A stretch of DNA of 63,931 nucleotides, the filler included, from Octopus bimaculoides (lineage: Eukaryota), in NCBI RefSeq assembly GCF_001194135.2. It is 7 parts of 6 records of this genome, joined end to end, with 100 filler letters (N's around TTAATTAATTAA, not from the genome) between each part and the next. Parts side by side here need not be neighbours in the genome. Positions count along the whole stretch, not along the records: positions 1 to 14,793 come from NC_068984.1; positions 14,894 to 31,768 come from NC_068984.1; 5 more parts are not named here. One strand, given 5' to 3'. Positions 11,346 to 22,221 of this stretch are shown here, piece by piece. The translations under genes were made by a program, and so were the position numbers. Position 1 is the first letter of the stretch; each line of letters starts with the position of its first letter. The notes below the pieces were generated by a model. It was not told the origin of the DNA. It worked only from the letters and a program-made list of their open reading frames with translations, and made no database searches.

Positions 11346-12703
11346 GTTAGTCATATCGTATCTGTGTATTAATGTTTTGGAACCTCATAGTAAAACTCGA
11401 GTTCCCATTGGTTCCTTAGATTTTTCTATGTTGTACAACCAGTTCTCACTGTTGGCTTGTGGGGCCAGCTGATATTTAGATAATGTGAGCTTTCAATACT
11501 GGCTGTATTACAAGGCAAGGTGACTGACTATATCATCCCTTACTGTTAGTTATGTTGTAGGGTAGTGGTTCTCAGCCGGGGTCCCATATAAGATTTTTGT
11601 TGTTAAAATTTATGTGCAATAAATTGCTTGTACTTCTTCAACACACCAAATGTCTTAATAACTCTCATGGAATTCCTAATAATATTTATTTCTAAAAACC
11701 ATCATCATTGTTTAACGTACGTTTCCCATGCTGGCATGGGTTGGACGGTTTGACTGAGGTCTGGAGAGCCAGCGGCTGCACCAGGCTCCAATCTGATCTG
11801 TCAATGTTTCTATATTTAAAATGATTGAAAGAAACACAGAGCATCTCAACAGAAATACAGCAACAAAAGGGTTAAAGCTAGCATAATAAACTCGGTGACA
11901 ATATCTCGAGCCAACAAAGTAGTCTTCACACGAATAATCAACTTGCAAGAAATAGCAACTAAATATCCCTCAGTATCTTACTACCATAAAAAAAAGAAAT
12001 GATGAACACATTAGATGTTGCTGTCCTTAGTACATTAGAGATGAAGGAAGAACAACTGTCAAAGCTGGTTCCCCTTTTGATCCTAGACCTGCTACACTGG
12101 GAGTGAAACTACAGCCATAAGGAACAATTATAGCCTGCACAGTCCAGTATAGTTCTGCTGAAGTTGCAATCATTATTGAAACATTTGGACATGTTTAAAT
12201 AGGTCAGACAGCCTTCTGGAGGAAACTGTGTGTGTGTGGGGGGGGCTGTAATTGTGTAGTTGTCTTTGATCTTGCATGTGTGTGGGTGTGCAAGTAGATC
12301 AATATTTTAGTGTCTCATATTGATTGGGGGAAAAATACAAAGAAAACAAAATTACCTTGTAACATTGATTTATGACTCTTCTATTACGCGCGCGCGCGCG
12401 CGCGCGTGTGTGTAAAAATATGTAGTTATTAGTTGCATTTTCAAACCCCAAAACAAATTCTATATTCTTTCCTGCATGGGAATACACTCTATTTCTCCAT
12501 ACTCACGCACGCGTGCACACACACACATGAAATACCAGCATGGAAAATGTAAAAATGATAATGATATTTGCATACATTTATTATTGCAGCTATATAACAT
12601 TTTATATATCAACTTTGTAACACTGCCATCATTCCCTGTTTAAATTTCAGTTATATTTTTGATTTTCTCATTCAATGACTACCCTCCCCCTACACACACA
12701 CAG

Positions 12704-12780
12704 TGTATCTGCGCATTAAGCGAGTGAAGGGTATATCTCCTGGATGGTACGCTAGTGTCTTCACCAGTATCTATTTAAAT
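12704..12780 (+). CDS. Candidate exon YLRIKRVKGISPGWYASVFTSIYLN (phase 1 to 0)
   Basis: AG at 12702-12703, AAT/gtaaga donor, one open frame. Its phase does not chain with the other candidates. Confidence 0.15.
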
Positions 12781-13015
12781 GTAAGAAAAGATATTTTGGG
12801 GTCACAATTTCAAACCAGTTTACCACTTTATGTACTTCAAAACCCACTCAGCCCATTAGTCAATCACATCACTACTATTAAGACTCTGAACCAGGGTTAA
12901 TTACTGGTATTCTTGACTTCCATTCTTTGATGAAAAATAGTTAACGAAATCTGCAAAAAGTTACCTCTCTGATAGCAGAAATATGGTTTTACACTTGATT
13001 GATTTTGATCTAAAG

Positions 13016-13269
13016 AAGTGTTTCTCAACCATTTCTTACCTGTGGACCCGTTTCCTTCTTATTTTATTTGGGCGGACCCTAATGCCCATTCACTGTGCAA
13101 AAAATCCCATTATATTTTTATAATTAATATTATGAGGAAAAGTATAAAAAAAAAAAATTAAAATTTTTCATGCCTTACAGAAGTATAATCAATTACACAT
13201 AAATTTTAGCAATGAAATCTTATGTGGACCCCCCCCAAGGGCTATATAGACCCTTTTTGAGAACTACTG
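13016..13269. mobile_element. hAT MITE, same family (partial copy also at about 11563-11700)
   Basis: AAGTGTTTCTCAA..TTGAGAACTACTG; TSD atctaaag / gtccaaag. Confidence 0.7.
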
Positions 13270-14354
13270 GTCCAAAGTTCAACTCTATATTGTGTTGACC
13301 TTTGGTTGATCCAGGGGCCAATCAATACACTCAGATTAACCTGCAGATCAACCTGATTTAAGTTGCTCTCTTAAATAGTTGTTCTGAAATAGATAGGACA
13401 GTCCTAATGTGACCATCCTGTCTATTTCAGATAAGTATAGTACTACTCTTTATGATAGTAGGGCAGTGTTGAAAAAGGGTTGGCTGCTATTTCTAGCTGA
13501 TAGAGCTACCTTGTTATAGAGAAGGATTAATTGCTCTGTATGTATGTGTATATATATGTGTGTGTGTGTATTCGGTAGTGTGTGATTGTGGTTGTGTGCA
13601 TCTGTCTGTCTGTATGTGTGTGTGTAGTTTTGTATGCCAGATCTCTCACAGGCACACCTTATCCTAACCTTTCTTTGAGAACTTTCTGCGATTTGTGGTT
13701 GATATTTTGGTGTTTTCGAAATGCTGACAAAATGTTTACATGACTTTTGAAAGTTGCACTGTTTTTATTTACTGTCTTATGTCTTGCTTGGCATTTGTAA
13801 AACGCAGGAAGAGGTAGGGCAGTGCACACACACACACACACACATTTTAGTGCACAAAGCTCCAGTAAAAATTGAAATGGCATGTGCTTATATACACAAC
13901 TGCATTGTTGGGTTACACACACACACACATAATTACAGATATATGCACATACATATACATGCACACATGTATACACAGAGATACTCAGATTGGCATTTTC
14001 CAGACTTGTTGTGCATGCAATTCTTAACGTAGCTGTTGTTGTGTGGTTTACCTTAGAAATGTACAAACTATGTTGATTGAAGTAGAGACCAGGTGTCTAA
14101 ACTAGCGATGTATCAGCTGAACAATCATTGTCAACATCGTTTTTACATCTACATTCCATGTTGGCATGGATCGGACAGTTTGACAAGGATCCAATGGGTT
14201 GGAAGACTAAGTCTTGCTCTAGTGCAGGCCTGGCCACCTCGAATTACATTGCAGACCACTTTAATCAGAGAAAGTTTTTTGAGGGCCGCTTGTCATGGGA
14301 TCACGGTTTCGATTCCCAGACTGGCCGTTATAAGATTTTGTTGTTAAAGTATTA

Positions 14355-14718
14355 CTGGTTATGACAAGGGTTCCAGTTGATCCGATCAACGGAACTTCCT
14401 CGTGAAATTAACATGCAAATGACTGAGCACTCCACAGACACATGTACCCTTAACGTAGTCCCCGGGGAGATTCAGCATGACACAGAGTGTGATAAGGCTG
14501 GCCCTTCGAATTACAGGTACAACAGAAACAGGAAGAAAGAGTGAGAGAAAGTTGTGGTGGAAGAGTACAGCAGGGGTCGCCACCACCCCCTGCTGGAGCC
14601 TCGTGGAGCTTTAGGTGTTTTTGCTCAATAAACACTCACAACGCCCAGTCTGGGAATCGAAACCATGATCCCACTACCACGAGTCCGCTGCCCTAACCAC
14701 TGGGCCATTGTGCCTCCA
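14355..14718 (-). mobile_element. SINE family D copy
   Basis: tRNA-like head (tggttagggcagcggactc..ggtttcgattcccagactgg); homologous to 45838-46130(+). Confidence 0.75.
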
Positions 14719-14793
14719 CATTTTTGCAATACACAATATATGTTAATATTTTTATACAATTCCTAATAATATTTAATTATAAAATTATAATTG

Positions 14794-14893
14794 NNNNNNN
14801 NNNNNNNNNNNNNNNNNNNNNNNNNNNNNNNNNNNNNTTAATTAATTAANNNNNNNNNNNNNNNNNNNNNNNNNNNNNNNNNNNNNNNNNNNN
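14794..14893. other. Artificial scaffold join 44N-TTAATTAATTAA-44N (also 31769-31868, 48793-48892, 56334-56433, 59042-59141, 62597-62696)
   Basis: Identical 100-bp structure six times; the palindromic spacer has stops in all six frames. Confidence 0.97.
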
Positions 14894-15094
14894 GGGAGAA
14901 GCATTGAATATAACTCTTACCCGCTGAAAACAATACCTCAAAATGTATTTTCAATTGACAAAAATGAATTAAAACTGATAGAAAAACAGAATTTAAAAGA
15001 ATATTTCAATGAAACAAAGAATTATACTTACAAACACAGACAGTCACAACTTGACATCTGAGAATGCATATTTTATAGCATCAAACAAAGTACT

Positions 15095-15125
<31 letters not shown>

Positions 15126-15779
15126 TACAACAGTAACTATAACAATAACACAAACTTGTACATTGTTAACAAAAATACTTACAATGGTTCCTTTGCTAGC
15201 ATTACAAGCCATAGTAAGATTTAGTACATGGATCAAATCCAGTCCCAGAAACAGACATGGTAGTAGTATGTCATGAAAAATGTGCACCTCTTTGCCTGAA
15301 GAATTTTTTCAAAGGACAGACTAGAAAGATCATGACCTGTCTCTCCTTATGAAAGTCAGAGAAGTCTTTGATATGACCTCAAAGGAACAGTCAGAGGAAA
15401 TCCTAGATCATGTTTACCATAACACATCTTCCTTTCATATGAGTAGGGAATGTGGAAGTGTGTTCCATTTTCAAAACTGAGTGCAAAATGAGGTATCCAG
15501 AAAGTCTTCCCCATGTATTGTGGCACCAGATTATGAGCAAAAGCTTCACACACCATGGTACTATAAAACATGGGATTACATAACATGGGAGTCACAGCAA
15601 GAGATATTAATGGAAACATTAACTCTTGGTTCATCATCACCTGTATGGGTCATCCCAACCACACCACCACCGCCACTGCCACCGCCACTGCCACCGCTAT
15701 TGCCATCCCACATGCCTTTGCAATTCTCTTTTCTAACATTTTGTATATATGAATGGGCTTGGTGGCAGAATAGAAGGAA

Positions 15780-16030
15780 GACCATCTTCCTGTTCAACCA
15801 TGTGGTCAAAGAAATATCCCTTTCTAAAGGAACTGTTATCACTGAGCAGTTGATATTCTTTGATAACACCATATGACCTGTCTTGACCAATAACAGCCGA
15901 CCTTCTGGTAGCCATCTTGGACTTCTTGTATCTCTCTATATAGCAATCCAAAGCCTGAAAGCGACAGACTCCTGTTTGAGGCCTGCGAAACTTTAAGTCA
16001 TATGGAACCATATCAAACTGCTTTAAGTAA
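15780..16030 (-). pseudogene. Ancient CR1/L2-like reverse transcriptase relic
   Basis: FDMVPYD..GV..ALDC..AVIGQDRSYGV then frameshifted RIS..SVI resembles AFDxVPH..GV..ALDW..VVINGQ..GVPQGSV. Confidence 0.4.
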
Positions 16031-16100
16031 TATATATAACTCCCATTAAATGTGTTGAATGCCCTTTTCTTTTGTTTGTTCACTCACTTGTATATGTAAA

Positions 16101-16410
16101 AAGGTTAAAGACCCCCTTTGGTCATGAATGACCATGGGATTGCACCTAGAAGGTTCTCCTCTGAGGCATGAGTCTGGACAAGGTTGTTTATAGAAGACCA
16201 GTCTCTCTTCTCCATACTACTGATGTTATCCAAGGGAAAAGCAAAGTCCAATACTGCTTAGCACCAGTGACATCACAACTCATTTCTACAGCTGAGTGAA
16301 CTGGAGCAACATGAAATAAAGTGTCTTGCTCAAGAGCACAACACACAACCTGTCTGGGAATCGAACTCACTATCTCATGAGTGTGAGCCCAATGCTCTAA
16401 CCACTGAGAC
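16101..16410 (-). mobile_element. SINE family C copy
   Basis: Colinear with 2718-3050. Confidence 0.8.
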
Positions 16411-17313
16411 GTACTTCCAAAGTTTCCATCTATAAATTCACTCACAAGCATTGGTTGGCTTGAGGCTGTATTAGAACATACATACCCAAGGTGATGTGCA
16501 ATGGGTCTGAACCCAAAACCACATGGTTGCAAAGCAAGCTTTTTAACCATATAGCTATGACTGCACCTATTTTCTTACTTTAATCGATAACTAGTGGTAG
16601 GTGCCAACTAGAGATATATCCTTACAATTTAGAAACTACAAAAGATTAGATTTAGCATAGAGTGACCATCTGCTCTGCAAATAGCATTTGAATATGTCTC
16701 TTACTTTAATATATTAAATTAGCATCATCCTGTGGTTCTGCTATTAATATCTAAATAATTATGATCTGTATTGTATTTTTCCAAATTTGGAATATGCATA
16801 ATTCTTATCTCAATACTCTGCTCACCACCCACAACCTATAAAACGACAAATACTCACACAAAATTAGAAAAAAAAAATAAAAAAATAATAATTGTATCAT
16901 TCTACAAAGTCCTCTGTATAGTTTAAAACCATTGTTTGACCTTTAACTTTTATAGGTCAAATATATAACTTAGCAAATTATATTCTATAGAAAAATGACC
17001 TATTACTTTTGAAAAGTTTGTTTCATATATTATAAGTAACCATTCAACTATATAGAAATAAATAAAAATCAAAAATTTGCTGTCTTTCAAATATTCCTCA
17101 AGTAATGCACAATTATGTGTGCATATGTATGTATGTGTGTATATATATGTGTGTGTGTGTATACATGTGTGTGTATATATGTATATGTACATGGACATGT
17201 GTGTCTGTGTATATGTATGTTTACATGTATATATAGATATGTATGTTTATGTGTCATAATGTATTTTTGAATATATGTACATACACATATATAAATATCT
17301 ATATTTATGTGCA

Positions 17314-17374
<61 letters not shown>

Positions 17375-18176
17375 GCACATATACATACATGCATACATAT
17401 ATATATNNNNNNNNNNNNNNNNNNNNNNNNNNNNNNNNNNNNNNNNNNNNNNNNNNNNNNNNNNNNNNNNNNNNNNNNNNNNNNNNNNNNNNNNNNNNNN
17501 NNNNNNNNNNNNNNNNNNNNNNNNNNNNNNNNNNNNNNNNNNNNNNNNNNNNNNNNNNNNNNNNNNNNNNNNNNNNNNNNNNNNNNNNNNNNNNNNNNNN
17601 NNNNNNNNNNNNNNNNNNNNNNNNNNNNNNNNNNNNNNNNNNNNNNNNNNNNNNNNNNNNNNNNNNNNNNNNNNNNNNNNNNNNNNNNNNNNNNNNNNNN
17701 NNNNNNNNNNNNNNNNNNNNNNNNNNNNNNNNNNNNNNNNNNNNNNNNNNNNNNNNNNNNNNNNNNNNNNNNNNNNNNNNNNNNNNNNNNNNNNNNNNNN
17801 NNNNNNNNNNNNNNNNNNNNNNNNNNNNNNNNNNNNNNNNNNNNNNNNNNNNNNNNNNNNNNNNNNNNNNNNNNNNNNNNNNNNNNNNNNNNNNNNNNNN
17901 NNNNNNNNNNNNNNNNNNNNNNNNNNNNNNNNNNNNNNNNNNNNNNNNNNNNNNNNNNNNNNNNNNNNNNNNNNNNNNNNNNNNNNNNNNNNNNNNNNNN
18001 NNNNNNNNNNNNNNNNNNNNNNNNNNNNNNNNNNNNNNNNNNNNNNNNNNNNNNNNNNNNNNNNNNNNNNNNNNNNNNNNNNNNNNNNNNNNNNNNNNNN
18101 NNNNNNNNNNNNNNNNNNNNNNNNNNNNNNNNNNNNNNNNNNNNNNNNNNNNNNNNNNNNNNNNNNNNNNNNNNNN

Positions 18177-18233
<57 letters not shown>

Positions 18234-18254
18234 GTTAGTCCATATGTTTTTCTT

Positions 18255-18285
<31 letters not shown>

Positions 18286-18488
18286 TACACACCTATCTAT
18301 CTACTTACCCACTTGCCTATCAACCAGCTGACAACAAAGTAACCATCCAACGAAACTACTTATTATAATCATGGATTGTATTACTCAATCATTATCAAAA
18401 TTAGTGGGTCCCAAACATGTTCAAGATTTTCTTTCCATTCTCTGCTGAACTCTATATCTTCCTCTCTTCGTTCATCAACTCCTGTTAG

Positions 18489-18584
18489 AGACATAGAGGC
18501 TCCATCATGCTATACAGCACGTCTGAAACATCTAGATCTGCTAAAGCTCAGACCCTTCTTAGTTCTGACCACAACCAATTGTAA
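18489..18584 (+). CDS. Candidate terminal exon RHRGSIMLYSTSETSRSAKAQTLLSSDHNQL* (phase 0)
   Basis: Long polypyrimidine tract ending cctgttag; phase matches the donor at 6323. It lies beyond the join at 14794, so linkage is unproven. Confidence 0.25.
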   Translation, partial: RHRGSIMLYSTSETSRSAKAQTLLSSDHNQL

Positions 18585-19213
18585 AATGTAGACAGAAAAG
18601 GAATTGACCCCCAGTACTGGACTGGTACTGTATTTATGAAAGCTCAACGGTCAAAAGGCAAATTTGACCTTAGTGGATTTAATGCATTTTAAATTTGCTT
18701 TACAGCCATAGAGTTTTGGGTTCAGTCCCATTGCATGGCACCTTGAGCAAGTATCTTCTATAACCCTGGGATGACCAATGCTTTGTGAGTGAATTTGGTT
18801 GATGGAAACTATATGGATTGAGAGCAAAACAACATGGTTGTAAAGCAAGCTTCTTAACCACACAGGCAAACTCTGACAGGATAAAAGGCAAAGTTGACTT
18901 CAGTAGGATCTGGGTTTGGAATGCCAAGAACCATAAAGGATACCAGAAGACATTCTATCCAGTGTTCTTACCATATTACAAATATCCATTTACCATGTTA
19001 CAGATGTCAACTTAAGAAATTCCGGACTGTTGAAATGATTTTTTGAAATTAATTGAAATATACATAAACAGGCTATTTCATTAATGTATGAATAGAATAG
19101 AATTAATCCTAAATGGCACATGCCAGTGAAAGAGCTGCTACGCAATACTTTCTGCTATATAAAAAAAATTAAAATGCAGCCAAATCTCTGTCAAATGACA
19201 TCTTACAAGTTAA

Positions 19214-19432
19214 CCATTTAGCATTCAAAATATTCTGTCAAATGTAATGCATATTTATTCATATTGTCTTGAATTAATCATGCATTATCTTGTAGCTTTA
19301 AGGTTTTGATGGTGTGATTGTTTATTTTTAGAATGACATTATGAATAGATGACGGAAGCCAAATCTAGCCAGTTTGAACATAAAACAGGTAGAATATTTT
19401 GGCTGGATATGGCCAGTTTGAAAGCTAAAGGG
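19214..19432. mobile_element. Non-autonomous piggyBac-type MITE (219 bp)
   Basis: TTAA on both sides; TIR CC(A/C)TTTAGC(A/T)TTCAAA; second copy of the same length at 26004-26222. Confidence 0.75.
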
Positions 19433-20364
19433 TTAAACATATGCATTGGATAATGTAATTAGATACAACATACCTTAAAAAGAAGAGAAATAGAAAATAA
19501 AATCAATGATCATGGCTAGAATACCTTTGATCAAGTTCTGCTCAATCACATCTAACCTTGAGCTAAGCGAGTAAACAAGCAGGAAAAACAGAAGACAAAA
19601 AATCACACCCTCCAAGCCCATGAATCACGTTGCATCTAACCTGGAGCTAACAATGATACACATTCGAGATGTAAAAGCTGCAAGCTCTACAAATTATTTG
19701 TAAATTTTTGTGTTTTCTATAAATATATACATCTTTTTTTTTTTATTTATTTATTTTAATGAGTTTGTTTATGTTTGTATGTATGAGACAATTAGCCAAA
19801 TTCAACACAAACTATGTGGTTTTGTGTTTTCTATCCTGGAGAAATGTGTTGGTTCTTTTGTGTTGCTTGCATTTGATAAAAAAGTTTTAATTGACAAGTT
19901 CTACCCATGTTCTTTGTTTTGAAGTCTGTAGAGGAATTCTAAATGAATGGTGTGTTTTATAAATTCATTTGGGCAATCTTGTGAATTCTTGTAAAAGCAT
20001 CTTACTTTCGAGAAAGGTAAACATGTATTACAGAAGTTTTGAAAAATACTGGTTACATGAGTTATGTGTTACACACAAACTAAGTTCTTTTTCTGCATCA
20101 GACAGATGAATGATCCCTAGTGACATCTTTAACAATTACTGTGCGTTTGTCATGGAATTTTCATTACTTACTTAACTTACATTGGCCCCTTTTTTGTTGT
20201 GTCTAGAGAGGGTCATTATACCATTATAATTAACACACACACATTGGTTCAATTCCACTCATTAAATATCCAATTGTTTTGTTTTTGTTAAATCTCTTTC
20301 AGTGCTTCTTGCAATCTTCTCAATCACTTAGTCTGTTATAGAAGCAAACCAGATACAAAAGCAA

Positions 20365-20700
20365 AGTTATGTAAGCTCTTGGCTCCCCATGGGCCATAAT
20401 CAATCACTGACTTTTGTCACCTGCTCTCTCAACTCTCAGCTGTCTTTTCAGATTTCCTGAGGGAAGGCCTTCTTCTCCTGGGTCTTGTTGGTTTTCAAAT
20501 TGTCATTGATGCTTCTGTAATTTTGCTTTTTTGCTAGGTAGGAGTGTTGGCCCTATGCTAACCCATTTTTACCACAAGGAAGGGATGGTCCATATTATCC
20601 TGGCCTATCCATCATGGAAAACCCCACCAGGAACTTGCACTTTACTGGTATGGCTCTTAGAGCCAATGAGGCACACAGGTCACCATACTACAACAAAGAC
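20365..20700 (-). mobile_element. Short RTE-type derivative: 5' UTR-like segment fused to a 3' tail
   Basis: Minus strand ctttgttgtagt..tgtgtgcctcattggctctaagagccatacc..gggttagcatagggccaacactcctacc resembles RTE 5' UTRs and ends ggcccatggggagccaagagcttac. Family assignment from recall. Confidence 0.45.
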
Positions 20701-22221
20701 TGGACTTTATGGTGGATGGAATTTTCATAGGACAAATGCAGTGATTATTTTCTTATTGCCTCACTTTAGGTTTTCTTTCTTCTTTCTCTGTCTGTCTCTT
20801 TTTTTTTTAACACTGCATCATATTGTTAGTTGGGACAAATTTACCATACCTGCTTGGACACTGGAAATATAAAGGGCTAAAATAAATAGTTTAAAATCTT
20901 TCTCTTATACTCTAACAATTGTGTCAGTCTGCTGTCCTGGACCAGTATTATATTTCATCAACCCACTAGAGGCAGATAATATAGAAATCGCCATTGCAGG
21001 AGTGGAACTTGGAACATAAAAATCTGCTGGAACAAATACGGCAAGGCATTTTGTGCAATGTTCTATTGATTCTGTCAAATCAATCCTACAAAACTGTTGA
21101 TGTGTGATTTATTCTACTTTTTCTTTACATGTCACAAGTATTTAAATTGACACTTGGAAACATTCTGGTCATTTTTACAACGACTAAGTACTGACTGGTG
21201 CAGACCTGAGAAGACCTTACACGTTGATGACAGTTTCGCTGTGCTATGAATTGAATTTCATGACAAATTTTGGGAAGCAGCCACTGACTCTAATGAAGAA
21301 TTGTATGAAGAATCTGCACAAGATTTGATGTACACTCACTACATCTCATCTCATTTCCTCATTGTAAAAATAATAGCAAGAATGTTAGATACATGATATG
21401 TTATAAATGAGAGAATTAGAAAAGCTTTTTAATAATCTAAAATATGTTGCAAAATATCTGTGGTAGAAAGAAAAACACAGTCTCTGTATTATTGATATTT
21501 AGTAACACAATTTTGTGTTTTAAAAAGCGTTTTTTAGTTTTGTTTATAACACATTTTGTGATAATCTATTTCTTTTCTCTTGTTAGTATAGAGTATTTCT
21601 GTCATTCAGGAGGATATCTCTCTCCAGTGATATAAAGCTGCCATCATAAATATTTGTTATGCATAAATAAAAGTGAGATAATCACACATCAACAAGTGAT
21701 ACAAAGTTTGTCAGGCAACAAACTGGTAGAATAGTTATAGATTGTACAAAATGCCTTGCAGTATTAGTTCTGGCATTTCTTGGAGATATCTTTATCCAAT
21801 GTATTAATGCTTTTATAATACAGCTATGTCTAGAAAGGCTAGATTCCAGCTTGTAAGTTGTTGCTCACTTTGTATATAAATATAAGTATTCATTCCATTG
21901 CTGTTTATCATAATTCATGTTGGGTGATAGACTTATTCCTTTGTTCAGTTTAACACAGCCACCTGGTTCTTGGGTGTTTTTAGTGGAATTTACTCTGTTG
22001 CAAGTACATGGACCAGGTATCCAGTTACAGGATAATTTACTCTCACCAAATCTTACTAAAAATGTTTGGGCAATGAAATATCATATATTCCTTTATTCTT
22101 TTATTCACTCTATACTCTTGGCTGTGGCCATACTGGGGCATCTGTATTAAGGTACTGGAACATATATATCTAGCACTATGTTCAAATCCATAGACTTAGC
22201 TTTGCATCTTTCTGGGATTAA

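Noticed and set aside
15840-15900. VIGQDRSYGVIKEYQ as a Penelope GIY-YIG motif
   Set aside because: No upstream GxxY motif; the surrounding sequence fits a CR1-type RT better.
17243-18368. Long ORFs spanning N-runs (also 27816-28541, 32942-35192, 53730-54647, 59716-60625)
   Set aside because: Artefacts of translating gaps and (TA)/(TG) repeats.
21205-21400. Acidic reading PEKTLHVDDSFAVL*IEFHDKFWEAATDSNEELYEES
   Set aside because: In-frame stop and no donor; at best an unassignable TE relic.
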